Positions 7,883-18,586 are shown, counted from the stretch's first letter. The stretch: DNA of 26,852 bases from an uncultured Oscillospiraceae bacterium (GCA_964433745.1 CAYSTR010000001.1:1-26852), one strand, 5' to 3'. Numbers and translations: made by a program. Notes: a model not told the origin generated them from the sequence alone.

Positions 7883-9994
7883 TCAAACAAATTCTATCTC
7901 GGTCGCAAGCAGATAGCTTATAGTATCAGGTGCTAACAGTACATCCCCCTGTGCATTGGTTTTTGCCCCTACACCCGGGCATATAAGATGAAGATCAGAT
8001 ACCTTACTGACACATTCTAGCATCTCCAGCCGGGAGAAAAGCATTCCATACGATATCCTGCCGCCGAACTGTCCGCTTGCCACATGGTCGATAAGCTCTC
8101 TTATAAGCTCATTTACGTGGTCTCTTATCTCCTGCGAATTAACCGTCAACACAATACGTCCGCTCACCGTGATACCTGCATACCGAACAGACACTACCCG
8201 CAGTTCTACGGTCAAAAGCCTATATGCTTCCAGATACCAGGTAATACGTTTTTTATAAGCATCAGACAGATATGTCCGAGCCGCTGTGTCGGAGCAAGGC
8301 TTAACAGCTATAATTACCGCACCCGAAGCTATATCTCCGTCATACCATCCCAAAAATTCCCGCTCGCTTATGACGTTTACGCTGTCTATTCTAAGTCCCG
8401 GAGTATCCTTAGTAATTTTTATATAGTCCTCGGGTGTCACAACACGTCTCGGAATGAGAATTTTTTCCTCAATAAGCATTTCCAGTTCGTTTGAAATTTT
8501 AGGACATACCCCTCCATATGCGGGTTTTGGGTTTGTTATTGTAATGTCAGTTAGGTTATTGCTTTTAAATCGATTAATCTGACCGGCACGAACGTTTCCG
8601 CCGTCCAAAAGTGAGGTTTTTAGTCTAAGAGCGGCAACAACCTGACACCTGTCCGGCTGTACACCATGCTTACCGTCACCGAACACTATATGTCCGTTAT
8701 CCCGGTCTAGATAAAACACCCTCTCTTGATAGTCCGCCGCCGCAAGATCATCACATTTATCCCACAGCTGGAAGAAAATGCGTCCGTTTCTCTCGCTGTA
8801 AAGCCCCAGTCTTATATCTATAACATTCTCCGTTTTAAGCTCCAGTCGATCTTCTGCATACCCTGTAGTGTACCCCAGTGCTATTTCATCAGTATAATCT
8901 CTGTTTGTGAGCGTTACAACAAGCTTTTGCCCTGTCTTTGGTACAACACCGAATCTATCCTCATCAAAAACGACTATCCTCTGCCACTCATAAGCACCCG
9001 GAATCACATCGCACAGAGATGTCTCGTCCGGCTCAAAGCGAAACCATTCGCAAAATCCGTCATTTTCCTCTACCGCAACGCATATGAGCGTGTCCGCTCC
9101 GATATAATCGTTAAGCGACAGACTGCCGCTGCCGTCATATGTATATTCGATTACCTCTGAGATTGTATCGGTCTGCACTGCCTTGATATAATCGGGATAT
9201 ATCCAGGAGAGCTGAACAGGAGCATCTGCCGTGCCTTTCTTGGGGATAATTCTAAGATAGTGTCCGGCTGTCAGCAGCGGATTGGTATCAAGGATTTCTG
9301 TGCCATTATCTAGGAAAAGCTCGATAAAGCCCTCACGCAGAAACCCGCCGGTACCATCATTAAGAAGTACTGCCTCCCGCCATTCTGTTCCGTTAAAGTA
9401 TTCATATTTATATGCTGTAAGAAAAAAGTCATCGTAAAAATCGGTACGTCCGCGGCTTTTTGCTATATCGGCAAAAAACTTCACATTGCCCGACATACTG
9501 TGTAAAAAGCAGAGATATAGCTCCGAACTCCCCCCCGCATCAAAGTCCGAGAGAACAGCATATGAATCCTCCGCTTTTATGACAGGTGTAATATCTAAAA
9601 GCTGATTATTGCTCATATAATAAACGGCGGTAAGCTCATTTGTCTGACCGATATATGCCTCATCCAACTCGAATACGACATCCCCCGCAAAAAGCTTTGT
9701 TCCGCGCCCTAACGCTGTGTGTCGGCTTGAACAAGGCACAACATACGCTAAAGCCGCTTCAAGCTTAGGAGTAATCCCCAATAGGCTAAGATAGCCCATG
9801 CGGTGCTTCTCCCCTGTTGCATCAATATAGAAGTTCAGCATATCTATAAGCCAGGTCAGGACTTGAATGGTGGTAATCCCCGGATCGTGCAGATTAAAAT
9901 CTGTCCACTCGGAGGTAAGCGTAGGGATTTTGTCCCTTACCGCTTCAAACAGCTGTTCAAAGTTTTTATCGTCCAGTGTCGGTACGCGCAACAT
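7883..9994 (-). CDS. Baseplate assembly protein, gpJ/gp6-like (Afp11/Pvc11 type)
   Basis: LDDKNFEQL...EWTDFNLHDPGITTI N-terminus, FGDGKHG, GGNVRAGQI, RRVVTPEDY. Confidence 0.9.
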   Translation of the reverse strand: MLRVPTLDDKNFEQLFEAVRDKIPTLTSEWTDFNLHDPGITTIQVLTWLIDMLNFYIDATGEKHRMGYLSLLGITPKLEAALAYVVPCSSRHTALGRGTKLFAGDVVFELDEAYIGQTNELTAVYYMSNNQLLDITPVIKAEDSYAVLSDFDAGGSSELYLCFLHSMSGNVKFFADIAKSRGRTDFYDDFFLTAYKYEYFNGTEWREAVLLNDGTGGFLREGFIELFLDNGTEILDTNPLLTAGHYLRIIPKKGTADAPVQLSWIYPDYIKAVQTDTISEVIEYTYDGSGSLSLNDYIGADTLICVAVEENDGFCEWFRFEPDETSLCDVIPGAYEWQRIVVFDEDRFGVVPKTGQKLVVTLTNRDYTDEIALGYTTGYAEDRLELKTENVIDIRLGLYSERNGRIFFQLWDKCDDLAAADYQERVFYLDRDNGHIVFGDGKHGVQPDRCQVVAALRLKTSLLDGGNVRAGQINRFKSNNLTDITITNPKPAYGGVCPKISNELEMLIEEKILIPRRVVTPEDYIKITKDTPGLRIDSVNVISEREFLGWYDGDIASGAVIIAVKPCSDTAARTYLSDAYKKRITWYLEAYRLLTVELRVVSVRYAGITVSGRIVLTVNSQEIRDHVNELIRELIDHVASGQFGGRISYGMLFSRLEMLECVSKVSDLHLICPGVGAKTNAQGDVLLAPDTISYLLATEIEFV

Positions 9995-9997
9995 AGC

Positions 9998-12853
9998 TTA
10001 ATCCTCCACATACTGGCAGTATACAATATGCTCGCCGTTTACTGCCATTGCAAACGGTGACGTAATATGCCGGGATAGATTTTCGTCCACGGCATACTCG
10101 CGGTCGTCGTATTCGGCAGTCAAGCTTACACGGCTCACCATGGTTTCCGGCAGAGCAAGCTTTAAAAATGCCACAAGCTCGGCGGGAGAGGGCAGCACAC
10201 CAATATCCCATCCCCTACCCTCGAATCCGCCGGTCAGCGGATCGATAAACCGCGCTATTTCATTCATGCATTGCTTCTGTGTATCGTAGGCCGCCTCCAT
10301 TCGCTCACAAATCAGCCAGATACGTGCTGACATGCGCACAAAACGAGGCTGTGTCAATATAAGTGTTTTTCCCGCCGGTACAAGCCCGCTGCATGATATA
10401 AGACGTTTTCTTATATCCTCTTTCAACGACGAGAAGATGTGTCCGCCCTTCTCGTATTCGTCAATCAATACCGCAATAGTGAGTGCATCCTCACGCTGGT
10501 TGCCTAAAAGGTCTACACCGTTCATACACTTAATACGCTGTACCCCATAGGTCACCTGTGCAATAATGTCAAAATAATCCTCGCGTGTGACCGCACGAAG
10601 CCGCGTTCTTAGCATGTTGGATATAATCTGTGCCGATGTCTCTTCATTAAATCCGTCATATCCGCCGTATGCCGGAACAGGGTTATCCACCGACGATAGG
10701 AACTTAATAGAATCTGCGGTTGTGTTAATCGACCCCGATGGTACATTTGCCGCCTGTCCATGGTAGCTTTGATACTCCACCTTAATGGACGGTCCGTTTG
10801 TGTTTACCGGATAGACAGAGAATACATTCTTAGGGAACGAGATAATACCATACGGAAGATCAGCATCGTATACCCTCCCCATCTGATTTACATGCTGCGC
10901 CCTATTCCACCTGACCCAGTTTTCCGCATCGCCGCCCTGCTCGTTTATATATACATTTAACGATATAAGCCCTCCAGAGCTCAGATGAATACTGTTGTCG
11001 GTCTCACCAGTCAGGAAGAACAGCTCTGTCTGTGTACGCACATTCTCCGCCTTTGCCATGTTAGTGTATATTCCCGTAATGAGGGGCAGACGGTCGCTTA
11101 ACTGCTCATGACGGCGGCTCTTTATGCGAATCCAGTAAAGCTCACGCCCGAACAGTTCGCATCTTGCAATATCCTTTCCTATCATCATAAGCATAACACC
11201 CGAGCTTAACATACCCTTTGTGCCGTCCATAACCTTTAGCGGAACAAATTCAGTCTTTGTCATGTATTCCAAAAGATAATCTACAGGTAGGTCAGCACTG
11301 TTATCTATGCTTAGATAGAGTGATGTGGGCAGTCCCCACGGATTTTCATCAAAACCTATGTAAATGGAGGTATTATCCTGTTCGCGGGTATAAAAGGGCA
11401 CTATACTGCGTCGATTAGAAAGCAGCTCGGAAACATCCTGTCTCTCGATATTGTTGAGCGTAACCACACAGTCCGGGGTGAGCGGGGACTCATTATAGTT
11501 GTAGGAGAAGCGAAGGTTCTCAATAACCGGACAGTACTGGCGGGACGGAATCTGGTACAGCTTATCGGCGCGCATGAGCCTAAAACGCAGACGAGGCTGT
11601 CCCCCGGCATAGCTGTAGTCTATTATATCGTTGGGAACTGTAAACGGAATGGTCAGCTCCCCATTCTCCGAGCCGTTGAATATATGTGTGAGATGCTCTT
11701 CATTGGATAGACGTTTCCATCCTGTTTTGCTTAGATATTCTATAAGCACTGAATCGGCATGTATCTCTTGAACTATCGGCTTGGGTATAGTCGGTGCCTG
11801 TTTTAGCACAACCTTGTATTCGGTCTCGGTCTCGTACTCGGGCAGCAGCTGTTCAAACACCTCAAAGCTAAGGGAAAAGCTCACAGCCGCATTAGCACCT
11901 GTACGTGCTAAAAGTCCCGCCTGCTCTATCTCACAGGATGCGTAAATCTCCATAGGAAGCCCGAACGGTTTAAAATGCCCCACATTTTGTGTAACCCCCG
12001 AACAGACAACCATCTCCGGCAGTAATCCTGTGTCCGAAAGCTTGACCTTTAATCCGTCTATATGTATGGGGGCAGGTCGCCGAGACCGTATGGCGAGCTG
12101 ACAGCAGTCGCGCCCGGCTAGAGGTTCTTTAAATGAGTTAAAATGTTCTTTAGAGAGAATTATCTCGTCACCCTGCCTATTAACCGCATCAAAAGCTATG
12201 AATCCAGTTTCCTCTAATACAAAATATTCTACTTCATTAGAGCAGAGAAAGCTCAGTGTATTCGCTTTTTCTTCCTCAGTCGAAGCAGATATTAAAATAG
12301 ACAGACTAAGGTTCACTATATAATCAAGACTGCACTCAAATCCGATAAGGAGTGAATGCTCCTCCAGATTATCCTCTCCACTCATAAAAGCACGGAACCG
12401 GCAATTTGAGATGTCTCCGTCCTCTTCCGCTGAATATTGCTTTGACAGTATTCCTCGTGTACCGTCGGCGGTAAACACTGCGGCGGGTGCTGCATTTGTC
12501 ACTGTAAGTCCGTGTACCGTCTCAAAAACAATGGTTTCGTCACCCTCACCTGATGCTAAAAGTCTTGTTCCCTTGGGTACATGAAACGGCTCGGGTAGTC
12601 CCTCTACCGGAGTAAAACGTACAAAGCTCTTGGCACATTCCACCGGTTCAATCTTAAAACGGTCAAACATATTCAAGTATTGAATCTTGTGTTTATGAAG
12701 CGCCCTGTCATATCGTCCAAGACTGTCTTTAAGCAAATCGGCGAATAAAAGCGCAATAACCGAACCGGCATCGGGATTTTTTTCATTAAAGCTCCATTCG
12801 GGCACGTATGCCTTGGCGAGCGTCTTTAGCTTTTCTATTATCGCATCACGCAT
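9998..12853 (-). CDS. Large baseplate J-like protein (Afp11/12 type)
   Basis: LAKAYVPEW...PDAGSVIALLF N-terminus, VPKGTRL, C-terminal GGYDG...RAVTREDY and FIDPLTGG..G.GW.IG.LP motifs. Confidence 0.88.
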   Translation of the reverse strand: MRDAIIEKLKTLAKAYVPEWSFNEKNPDAGSVIALLFADLLKDSLGRYDRALHKHKIQYLNMFDRFKIEPVECAKSFVRFTPVEGLPEPFHVPKGTRLLASGEGDETIVFETVHGLTVTNAAPAAVFTADGTRGILSKQYSAEEDGDISNCRFRAFMSGEDNLEEHSLLIGFECSLDYIVNLSLSILISASTEEEKANTLSFLCSNEVEYFVLEETGFIAFDAVNRQGDEIILSKEHFNSFKEPLAGRDCCQLAIRSRRPAPIHIDGLKVKLSDTGLLPEMVVCSGVTQNVGHFKPFGLPMEIYASCEIEQAGLLARTGANAAVSFSLSFEVFEQLLPEYETETEYKVVLKQAPTIPKPIVQEIHADSVLIEYLSKTGWKRLSNEEHLTHIFNGSENGELTIPFTVPNDIIDYSYAGGQPRLRFRLMRADKLYQIPSRQYCPVIENLRFSYNYNESPLTPDCVVTLNNIERQDVSELLSNRRSIVPFYTREQDNTSIYIGFDENPWGLPTSLYLSIDNSADLPVDYLLEYMTKTEFVPLKVMDGTKGMLSSGVMLMMIGKDIARCELFGRELYWIRIKSRRHEQLSDRLPLITGIYTNMAKAENVRTQTELFFLTGETDNSIHLSSGGLISLNVYINEQGGDAENWVRWNRAQHVNQMGRVYDADLPYGIISFPKNVFSVYPVNTNGPSIKVEYQSYHGQAANVPSGSINTTADSIKFLSSVDNPVPAYGGYDGFNEETSAQIISNMLRTRLRAVTREDYFDIIAQVTYGVQRIKCMNGVDLLGNQREDALTIAVLIDEYEKGGHIFSSLKEDIRKRLISCSGLVPAGKTLILTQPRFVRMSARIWLICERMEAAYDTQKQCMNEIARFIDPLTGGFEGRGWDIGVLPSPAELVAFLKLALPETMVSRVSLTAEYDDREYAVDENLSRHITSPFAMAVNGEHIVYCQYVED

Positions 12854-12898
12854 GACTGACTGTCCTCCGGTTCTTTATGATAAAGTTAAAAATGATAA

Positions 12899-13309
12899 TC
12901 ATCCCCCGCTGCCCTCATACAGATAGTAGGGAAATACAAGGTTACCCGGATTGTTTGTCGCTCTCACGGTATAGCTGACATTGATGCTCACACGGCCGTT
13001 CATAAGCTCTGACATATCAATATCTGCATCAACCTCGATAATACGCGGCTCCCACCTGATAAGCGCCGATACGACCTCGTTTTGCAAGAGTGTCATGGAT
13101 GCCGCGTCCGGCAGCTCAAACACAAAGTCGGAGAGATTGCTGCCAAAATCGGGAAGCATCACCCGCTCGTTTTTTCGTGTCATTAATATAAGGTAGATGG
13201 ACTGTTTTATGTCCTCCTCGTCACTGCACATCCTAAACCGTCCAGTTACAGGATCGACCGACGGCGGGAAGTTAAGCCCTAATCCCAGAAATTCGTGTGT
13301 CCGTTCCAA
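12899..13309 (-). CDS. GPW/gp25 family baseplate wedge / sheath initiator (Afp9 type)
   Basis: FLGLGLNFPP...EDIKQSIYLILMTRKNERVMLPDFG...WEPRI...NLVFPYYL. Confidence 0.93.
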   Translation of the reverse strand: MERTHEFLGLGLNFPPSVDPVTGRFRMCSDEEDIKQSIYLILMTRKNERVMLPDFGSNLSDFVFELPDAASMTLLQNEVVSALIRWEPRIIEVDADIDMSELMNGRVSINVSYTVRATNNPGNLVFPYYLYEGSGG

Positions 13310-13320
13310 TACCCTACCCC

Positions 13321-14097
13321 CTAGTTTATCTTAACCATACCGCCGGACAGCTCGCTCATAGCTGCACCCTTGAGAGTTAACTTCTGTTTGCCATCAACTG
13401 TCAGCAGCCCACCCTCTACAGTAAACATGTTGTTGCTCTTTATGCTTGCGGTCTGCCCCGCTTCTATGGACAGTCTGTCACACTTTATGGTGAGAGCGCC
13501 GCCCTTTCCGTCCATTTCTATCGAGCACTTACCAGACTTTAAAGATAGCTTAGTGTCTGCCGTCACCTCTACTGCATTTTTCTTGGCATCCAGCTTTATT
13601 ACGTTCTTTCCGTTTTTATCTGTTATAGTCACTGTGTCATTACTGTCATCGATGGCGGCTTTTAATCCGTGGGGAAGGGTTATCTCTGCTTTTTCCTTGT
13701 CCTTTTCATCGGATAGGTTCATCTCAATGCCGCCCTTTGTTTTTAGACTGCGTTTAAGGTTCTTTGGGTCGTTGGTTTTTCCGGGAAGCCCCGCTCCTGC
13801 TGGGAAAAAGCTACCCATAATAAACGGATTTCGCATATCACTGCCCAAAAAGCCTATCAGCACAATGTCACCCACCTCAGGGACAATGAAACGTCCATGT
13901 TCCTTTCCGGCATAGGGTGTGAGAACCGGTATCCACTGGGATATACGCTGACCCTGTGCCCATGCGGTAAACTCTGCCTTGACCATGCCGGGGAAATCCT
14001 TGTTGCCGTTTTCCGACACTAAGCCTAAAACAAACTGACCCGCATTTTGCGAATATGCAGAAATACCTGTATCAATAAGTTCGGAAAGTCCATTCAT
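13321..14097 (-). CDS. Baseplate spike, gpV/gp5-like (C-terminal half of VgrG/Afp8)
   Basis: OB-fold motif VPEVGDIVLIGFLGSDMRNPFIMGS, then beta-helix-like repeats ending GGMVKIN. Confidence 0.9.
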   Translation of the reverse strand: MNGLSELIDTGISAYSQNAGQFVLGLVSENGNKDFPGMVKAEFTAWAQGQRISQWIPVLTPYAGKEHGRFIVPEVGDIVLIGFLGSDMRNPFIMGSFFPAGAGLPGKTNDPKNLKRSLKTKGGIEMNLSDEKDKEKAEITLPHGLKAAIDDSNDTVTITDKNGKNVIKLDAKKNAVEVTADTKLSLKSGKCSIEMDGKGGALTIKCDRLSIEAGQTASIKSNNMFTVEGGLLTVDGKQKLTLKGAAMSELSGGMVKIN

Positions 14098-15203
14098 AAC
14101 CCATTAATCCTCGCTTCAAACGCAGAATAGAATCCAGTATCATCATAGGTATGCCGCACATTCACGACATAACATTTCCGGCTTAGATCCTCTCCCATTT
14201 CCTTTAACTCAATAGTTCGTCCCGGACATATTTCTGGAAGCCCTATGCACCGGCATGTGACTATACCGAAGCTGCTCTCAATCTCGCGCATTATAACCTT
14301 TGCACGTTCTGTGGCTAGCTGTGCGCTCACCGCATACGGATCGAATACATTCTTTACCGATCCCGAAAACATTTTTGAGGCTGTCTGCCCTTTAGAGTAT
14401 TTGCCGGATAGCTTTGCCTCGCCGCTTATAGCCTTATTGTTAGCCGGATCAATCCCATTAACTACCGTCTTTTCATACAAACCGCTTCCTCTAAGCGAAA
14501 GACCTGCAGAGGTAATCCCGCCTGCATTGGGCGACAATGTAAGGTAGGCAGATGATGAAGCCGGTCTCTTTCTGAAATACACCTTGCCCTGTATGATGAA
14601 AAACTCATAACCCATATATTTAGTCCAATGGGTGATAAACTGGAAATCACTCTCGGCGGCAGCAGACACAAATTCGAGCTTTTCGTTCACCTTTTCGATG
14701 GATTTTCCCGATATGTACGAGCTAAAAGGCGGCGGCTCGATTAGCTCCTTTATCATCTCGTCTGCACTCTTACCCACAAACAGTCTAAGCCTGCGCTGTT
14801 TTATAAGCAGGCTCTTGGCATCCAGACACTCCACATGAACATAGGGAGCGGAGTATTGATCCCATATATATTCGACCTCGGCAACAAGACCGCTAAAAAC
14901 CTCCACTGTCTCAATATATCCCAGTTCAAGGCTAATTTTAGCACCCAGCTGCATGAGCGGAACAGCACTCTTCTTAGAAAAAGCAGACTTGGACGGGTCG
15001 TATGCGCACATTATATCAAAGCTGCAACCAGAGGCTTGACTTTCTACAGTCAGCGTCACCTCGACGTTCTGTACCACCGCCGCACACTTCTCAATAATCT
15101 CTGTACCGTCTACTTTTATGCGTAAGGCGGGAGCGGTAAACCCGCGGTATTTTCTTTTTAGTGCGGTAAACGACACGCTCTGCGTCATTAAATCCATACG
15201 CAT
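14094..15203 (-). CDS. Baseplate hub, gpD/gp27-like (N-terminal half of VgrG/Afp8)
   Basis: LGAKISLELGY...FSG.V, ESDFQFI...GYEFFII.GKVYFRK, IGLPEICPGRTIEL...YVVNVRHTYD..GF. 4-nt overlap with the spike gene. Confidence 0.88.
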   Translation of the reverse strand: MRMDLMTQSVSFTALKRKYRGFTAPALRIKVDGTEIIEKCAAVVQNVEVTLTVESQASGCSFDIMCAYDPSKSAFSKKSAVPLMQLGAKISLELGYIETVEVFSGLVAEVEYIWDQYSAPYVHVECLDAKSLLIKQRRLRLFVGKSADEMIKELIEPPPFSSYISGKSIEKVNEKLEFVSAAAESDFQFITHWTKYMGYEFFIIQGKVYFRKRPASSSAYLTLSPNAGGITSAGLSLRGSGLYEKTVVNGIDPANNKAISGEAKLSGKYSKGQTASKMFSGSVKNVFDPYAVSAQLATERAKVIMREIESSFGIVTCRCIGLPEICPGRTIELKEMGEDLSRKCYVVNVRHTYDDTGFYSAFEARINGL

Positions 15204-15226
15204 CTCCCATGCTCGTCCGCGTCACT

Positions 15227-16021
15227 CTATCTTATGGAGGGAAGCTTTAATCGTAAAACCTGCTCCATCATGCGCGGATTTAGTATATTGTTTGCCTTGG
15301 CTATAATTTTCCAGTAGGCGGGATCGCCGTATTCCTCGTTTGCCAGTGTGAAAATCGAGTCTCCGTACCGCAGCATTCGGTGTTTTGTACGGTCGGGGGA
15401 CTCATTGGGGTACTCGCTACGGTTTTGCACGTACTCTACTTCCTCACCGACAATGGATAGTGACACCTTAGCACGTACCGGCGTTCCATCCCGGTCAAAC
15501 ATTGTATAATCGGCAGATGAGGACACAAGCTTACCGGCAAAGTTTAGATGCCTGCCCCATATGAACCCAATCATAGGGGGTTCATGCTCCTCCGGTTTAT
15601 ATTTTAAGAGACCGATAATGTCCTCAAACAGCTTATTTACCTTGACATCTGCTTTGGGTGTACTTTCTTGATTCATATCCCAGCTGGGATACTTTTTATT
15701 TTTAAGAGAAGTGTATCCTCCGGTGATAAGCTTTGTAAGCTCCATATTTCCGGAATTTACTATATTCTGGGAGGCTTTAAGCTCGTTATAGCTGTCAAAA
15801 TACAGTGTAACCGATAATGTGGCGTTCTCTCCGTATACGGTTTGTAAAAGCTTGGGGTCGGTGTCCTTTGCAAGCCCCCTCATCTGCGAAAGCTGTGTGG
15901 AATGTGCTATACTGTACTCCGACGGATTGAACTGTACGGGATACTTTTTATCTACCTTCATGCTGTCGCCGGATTTTTTATAGACGACGACAACCGCCTT
16001 TTCAAGCTTACCGCTTAACAT
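15227..16021 (-). CDS. CIS tube-initiator protein with C-terminal LysM-like domain (Afp7/Pvc7 type)
   Basis: VQFNPSEYS, TLSVTLYFDS, PP..GFIWG...F.G, YTMFDRDGTPVRAKV, and LysM-like GDSIFTLANEEYGDPAYWKIIAKANNILNP. Confidence 0.9.
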   Translation of the reverse strand: MLSGKLEKAVVVVYKKSGDSMKVDKKYPVQFNPSEYSIAHSTQLSQMRGLAKDTDPKLLQTVYGENATLSVTLYFDSYNELKASQNIVNSGNMELTKLITGGYTSLKNKKYPSWDMNQESTPKADVKVNKLFEDIIGLLKYKPEEHEPPMIGFIWGRHLNFAGKLVSSSADYTMFDRDGTPVRAKVSLSIVGEEVEYVQNRSEYPNESPDRTKHRMLRYGDSIFTLANEEYGDPAYWKIIAKANNILNPRMMEQVLRLKLPSIR

Positions 16022-18586
16022 CTATATAGTCCCCCTCCTCAAACGCTCGGTTCGCAATCTACGCTCCAACGCGGAATACACCTTTTCTGCTATCATGTTA
16101 ATCTGCTTCTCTGCGGCGGCTGCCATATCGTCGCTTTTGGCAGTATTACTCTGTCCCGGAAGATTCACCGCAACATTTCGCTGTAATAAAGTATTCTTTA
16201 CAGACGCCGCTTCATGCTGCTCTGATGTCCTCTTAATAAACTCAATATCCCGGCTAGGCTCCGGCTGTCTCTCGGAAATCTTATTATCACCCTTAACAGG
16301 GGACTTTGGATATACAATAATAGCTTCTGTCTGATTCTTATTCCGAGGAATAAATACATTCGCTTTTTCCCTTATAACATTTTTTATCACATTGTTTTCC
16401 GGGAAAACATCCCTTACCCTATATATACCGCTAGTATAGTCGATGCGGCTGGCAAGTCTCATTGTTGGTGTTGAACCTACATCAGTCTGTGCAATTGATA
16501 TATTATTAATTGTAGGTATATTAATATCCCGCTGTGGTTTATGATAAACCGATACCGTGTTTTGTGATGATGTATTTAATTCCTTTTCTGTAGATGGAAT
16601 GATACTTGTAATACGGCGTTCGGAATATACCCTTTTCATATTAGCATCGGCGACAGAATTGTCTAGCTGATAGACATTTTTCGGTGATTCGCTATCCGTC
16701 TTTATACGAAACACTTTTAGCTGTGATGGAAGCATTTTTTGTCTTTGCTTCAGCACTGTTCGCACTTTAGGATTGACTATGACAGCCTTATTGTCAGCTT
16801 TAAAATAATCTCTCACACCCATGATAGGTGTATGATTTAAAGTGATGGTTTTAGGTTTTGTATCTGACTTAACGGATATATGAACGTCATTATTGTATTT
16901 GGCTTTTGTACTCAACGTATTTTTAGGAAAAGCTATTACCGTACTTTCGTTTACTGCATCAGCCTTATTGCTTGTTGCCGGTGCATGTTTAAATGATACT
17001 GCTTTTGCTTGTTCGTTAATATGGGGCTTAATATGACCGTCAAAATTAGCTGTTTCTTTATACAAGTGCGTTAACATTGGCTTGTCATTGTCCGTGGTAT
17101 TGTCAATCACCTTTTTAAGCATAATCTTTTCCGGAGATGACAGCACTTTTTGACGATACGTAACATACGAATGTTCCTTCTTGCTTACAGCCTTTATTTC
17201 TGATTGAAATAGCTCATTTTTATCCTTTAGGGGAACCTGCCTAAATGTCATTGATTTTGCATGATGGCTGTCTGAATGTACTATCTCGTTTGGCAGCTGC
17301 ATGAATATGGGTTTATGCAGTAACCTTTGTTTATAAACAGTTTGTTCCTGTTTTTGAGGTTCTTTTATAGAAAGTAATGTGTTTTCGTCATTAATAATGG
17401 ATTCCCGTACCCCCCTTAACAAACGAACAGACGGTATTGATGATTGCTGCTGTATTAATATGTCGCTATCTAGTGTTGCAATCACCTGCTCGTGCGGGGA
17501 TGACGGTAATATAATTGAACGTACCGGTAGTGTTTTCGTTTCTTGCTGTTGTATCTGTTCATGGTCTTTACCGGGAATCACAGCGTTATTATTTGTATTG
17601 CGGGGAGAAGCTTTGTAATTTTTCGTTGTCTCTTTGTGTCGTTCGGAAGTCATAGCATCCGATCTGCCGGATGTCTTTTTATCCTCTGCACCTTTATGCA
17701 GCATAAAAGCTTGTGGCGGTTTAATTCCATTTGATATAGGTAAGCTACTCGGTTTCGGTTCCACATTTAAAGACGGTGCTATCAGATTATCTGATATGAT
17801 TTCTGCCGATTGGTTTTTCAACGTAATGTTTGACAACGATAGACTGCTTGTGTGATGAATTGTACTGTCCCCCACACTGTCTAGCTTACTGCCTTTGGTT
17901 GATTCAAATAACGCAATAAGCTCACTGCGAGAACTATACTCGCGGATTTCCCTCGCCCGCTCATACAGATTTATCCCTTTAACAGCCGCCGACAAATCAG
18001 ACAGTGCCGTCAGGATGCTTCGCGGAATACATACAAGATAATCTCTTCCGCTTTTTTGCGCTTTATTTTCATACTCATACACAGCACACATGGGATAATA
18101 TACGACTGGTAGGTTAAACTCCCTTTGGATAATCCTTTGCTCCTTAACATGCGGGGGGAGAATGGACATTTCACTTTTTTTATCGTGGGATATAACTGTT
18201 GTATTTGTTATACTGCTGGGTAATGAATAGGTATTCTGTACGGCATCAGCGATTGTTATATCCTTTTTAAGCGTAAAAGGAGCTTTGACCGGAGAAATAA
18301 GATTCATAGTCCTAAAAAGCCGTGTCGACATTAGGTTCAATGCGTTTTGAAAAAGATTTCCGATAAACGCCAACGACATGTTCAGATTAATAATCTCATT
18401 GTGGTTGTAACAGTTGTGAATTAGAAAAAGGTTCTGTACGGATTTAGCGTATGTGCTTTCATTATTTTCGACAGAGCCGGGAAAAACAAGCCCTACTGGC
18501 GCACCGCCAAAGGGTGTACGTGACAGATACCGTGCCATAATACCCTTGGAAAAGCCCATACCTATTACCGTCCGCAACTGCTGCAC
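16022..18586 (-). CDS. Long low-complexity CIS protein (candidate tape-measure or lumen protein)
   Basis: 854-aa ORF between tube 2 and the tube initiator, rich in S/T/K/N/P/Q. C-terminal IAEKVYSALERRLRTERLRRG resembles the conserved tail of eCIS proteins at this position. Start uncertain (TTG at 18577 or ATG at 18559 fit the SD better). Confidence 0.6.
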   Translation of the reverse strand: MQQLRTVIGMGFSKGIMARYLSRTPFGGAPVGLVFPGSVENNESTYAKSVQNLFLIHNCYNHNEIINLNMSLAFIGNLFQNALNLMSTRLFRTMNLISPVKAPFTLKKDITIADAVQNTYSLPSSITNTTVISHDKKSEMSILPPHVKEQRIIQREFNLPVVYYPMCAVYEYENKAQKSGRDYLVCIPRSILTALSDLSAAVKGINLYERAREIREYSSRSELIALFESTKGSKLDSVGDSTIHHTSSLSLSNITLKNQSAEIISDNLIAPSLNVEPKPSSLPISNGIKPPQAFMLHKGAEDKKTSGRSDAMTSERHKETTKNYKASPRNTNNNAVIPGKDHEQIQQQETKTLPVRSIILPSSPHEQVIATLDSDILIQQQSSIPSVRLLRGVRESIINDENTLLSIKEPQKQEQTVYKQRLLHKPIFMQLPNEIVHSDSHHAKSMTFRQVPLKDKNELFQSEIKAVSKKEHSYVTYRQKVLSSPEKIMLKKVIDNTTDNDKPMLTHLYKETANFDGHIKPHINEQAKAVSFKHAPATSNKADAVNESTVIAFPKNTLSTKAKYNNDVHISVKSDTKPKTITLNHTPIMGVRDYFKADNKAVIVNPKVRTVLKQRQKMLPSQLKVFRIKTDSESPKNVYQLDNSVADANMKRVYSERRITSIIPSTEKELNTSSQNTVSVYHKPQRDINIPTINNISIAQTDVGSTPTMRLASRIDYTSGIYRVRDVFPENNVIKNVIREKANVFIPRNKNQTEAIIVYPKSPVKGDNKISERQPEPSRDIEFIKRTSEQHEAASVKNTLLQRNVAVNLPGQSNTAKSDDMAAAAEKQINMIAEKVYSALERRLRTERLRRGTI

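Noticed and set aside
12888-12906. Fur-box-like sequence AAAAATGATAATCATCCCC (14/19 to consensus)
   Set aside because: It overlaps the gp25 stop in mid-operon, there is no promoter nearby, and AT-rich intergenic DNA matches easily.
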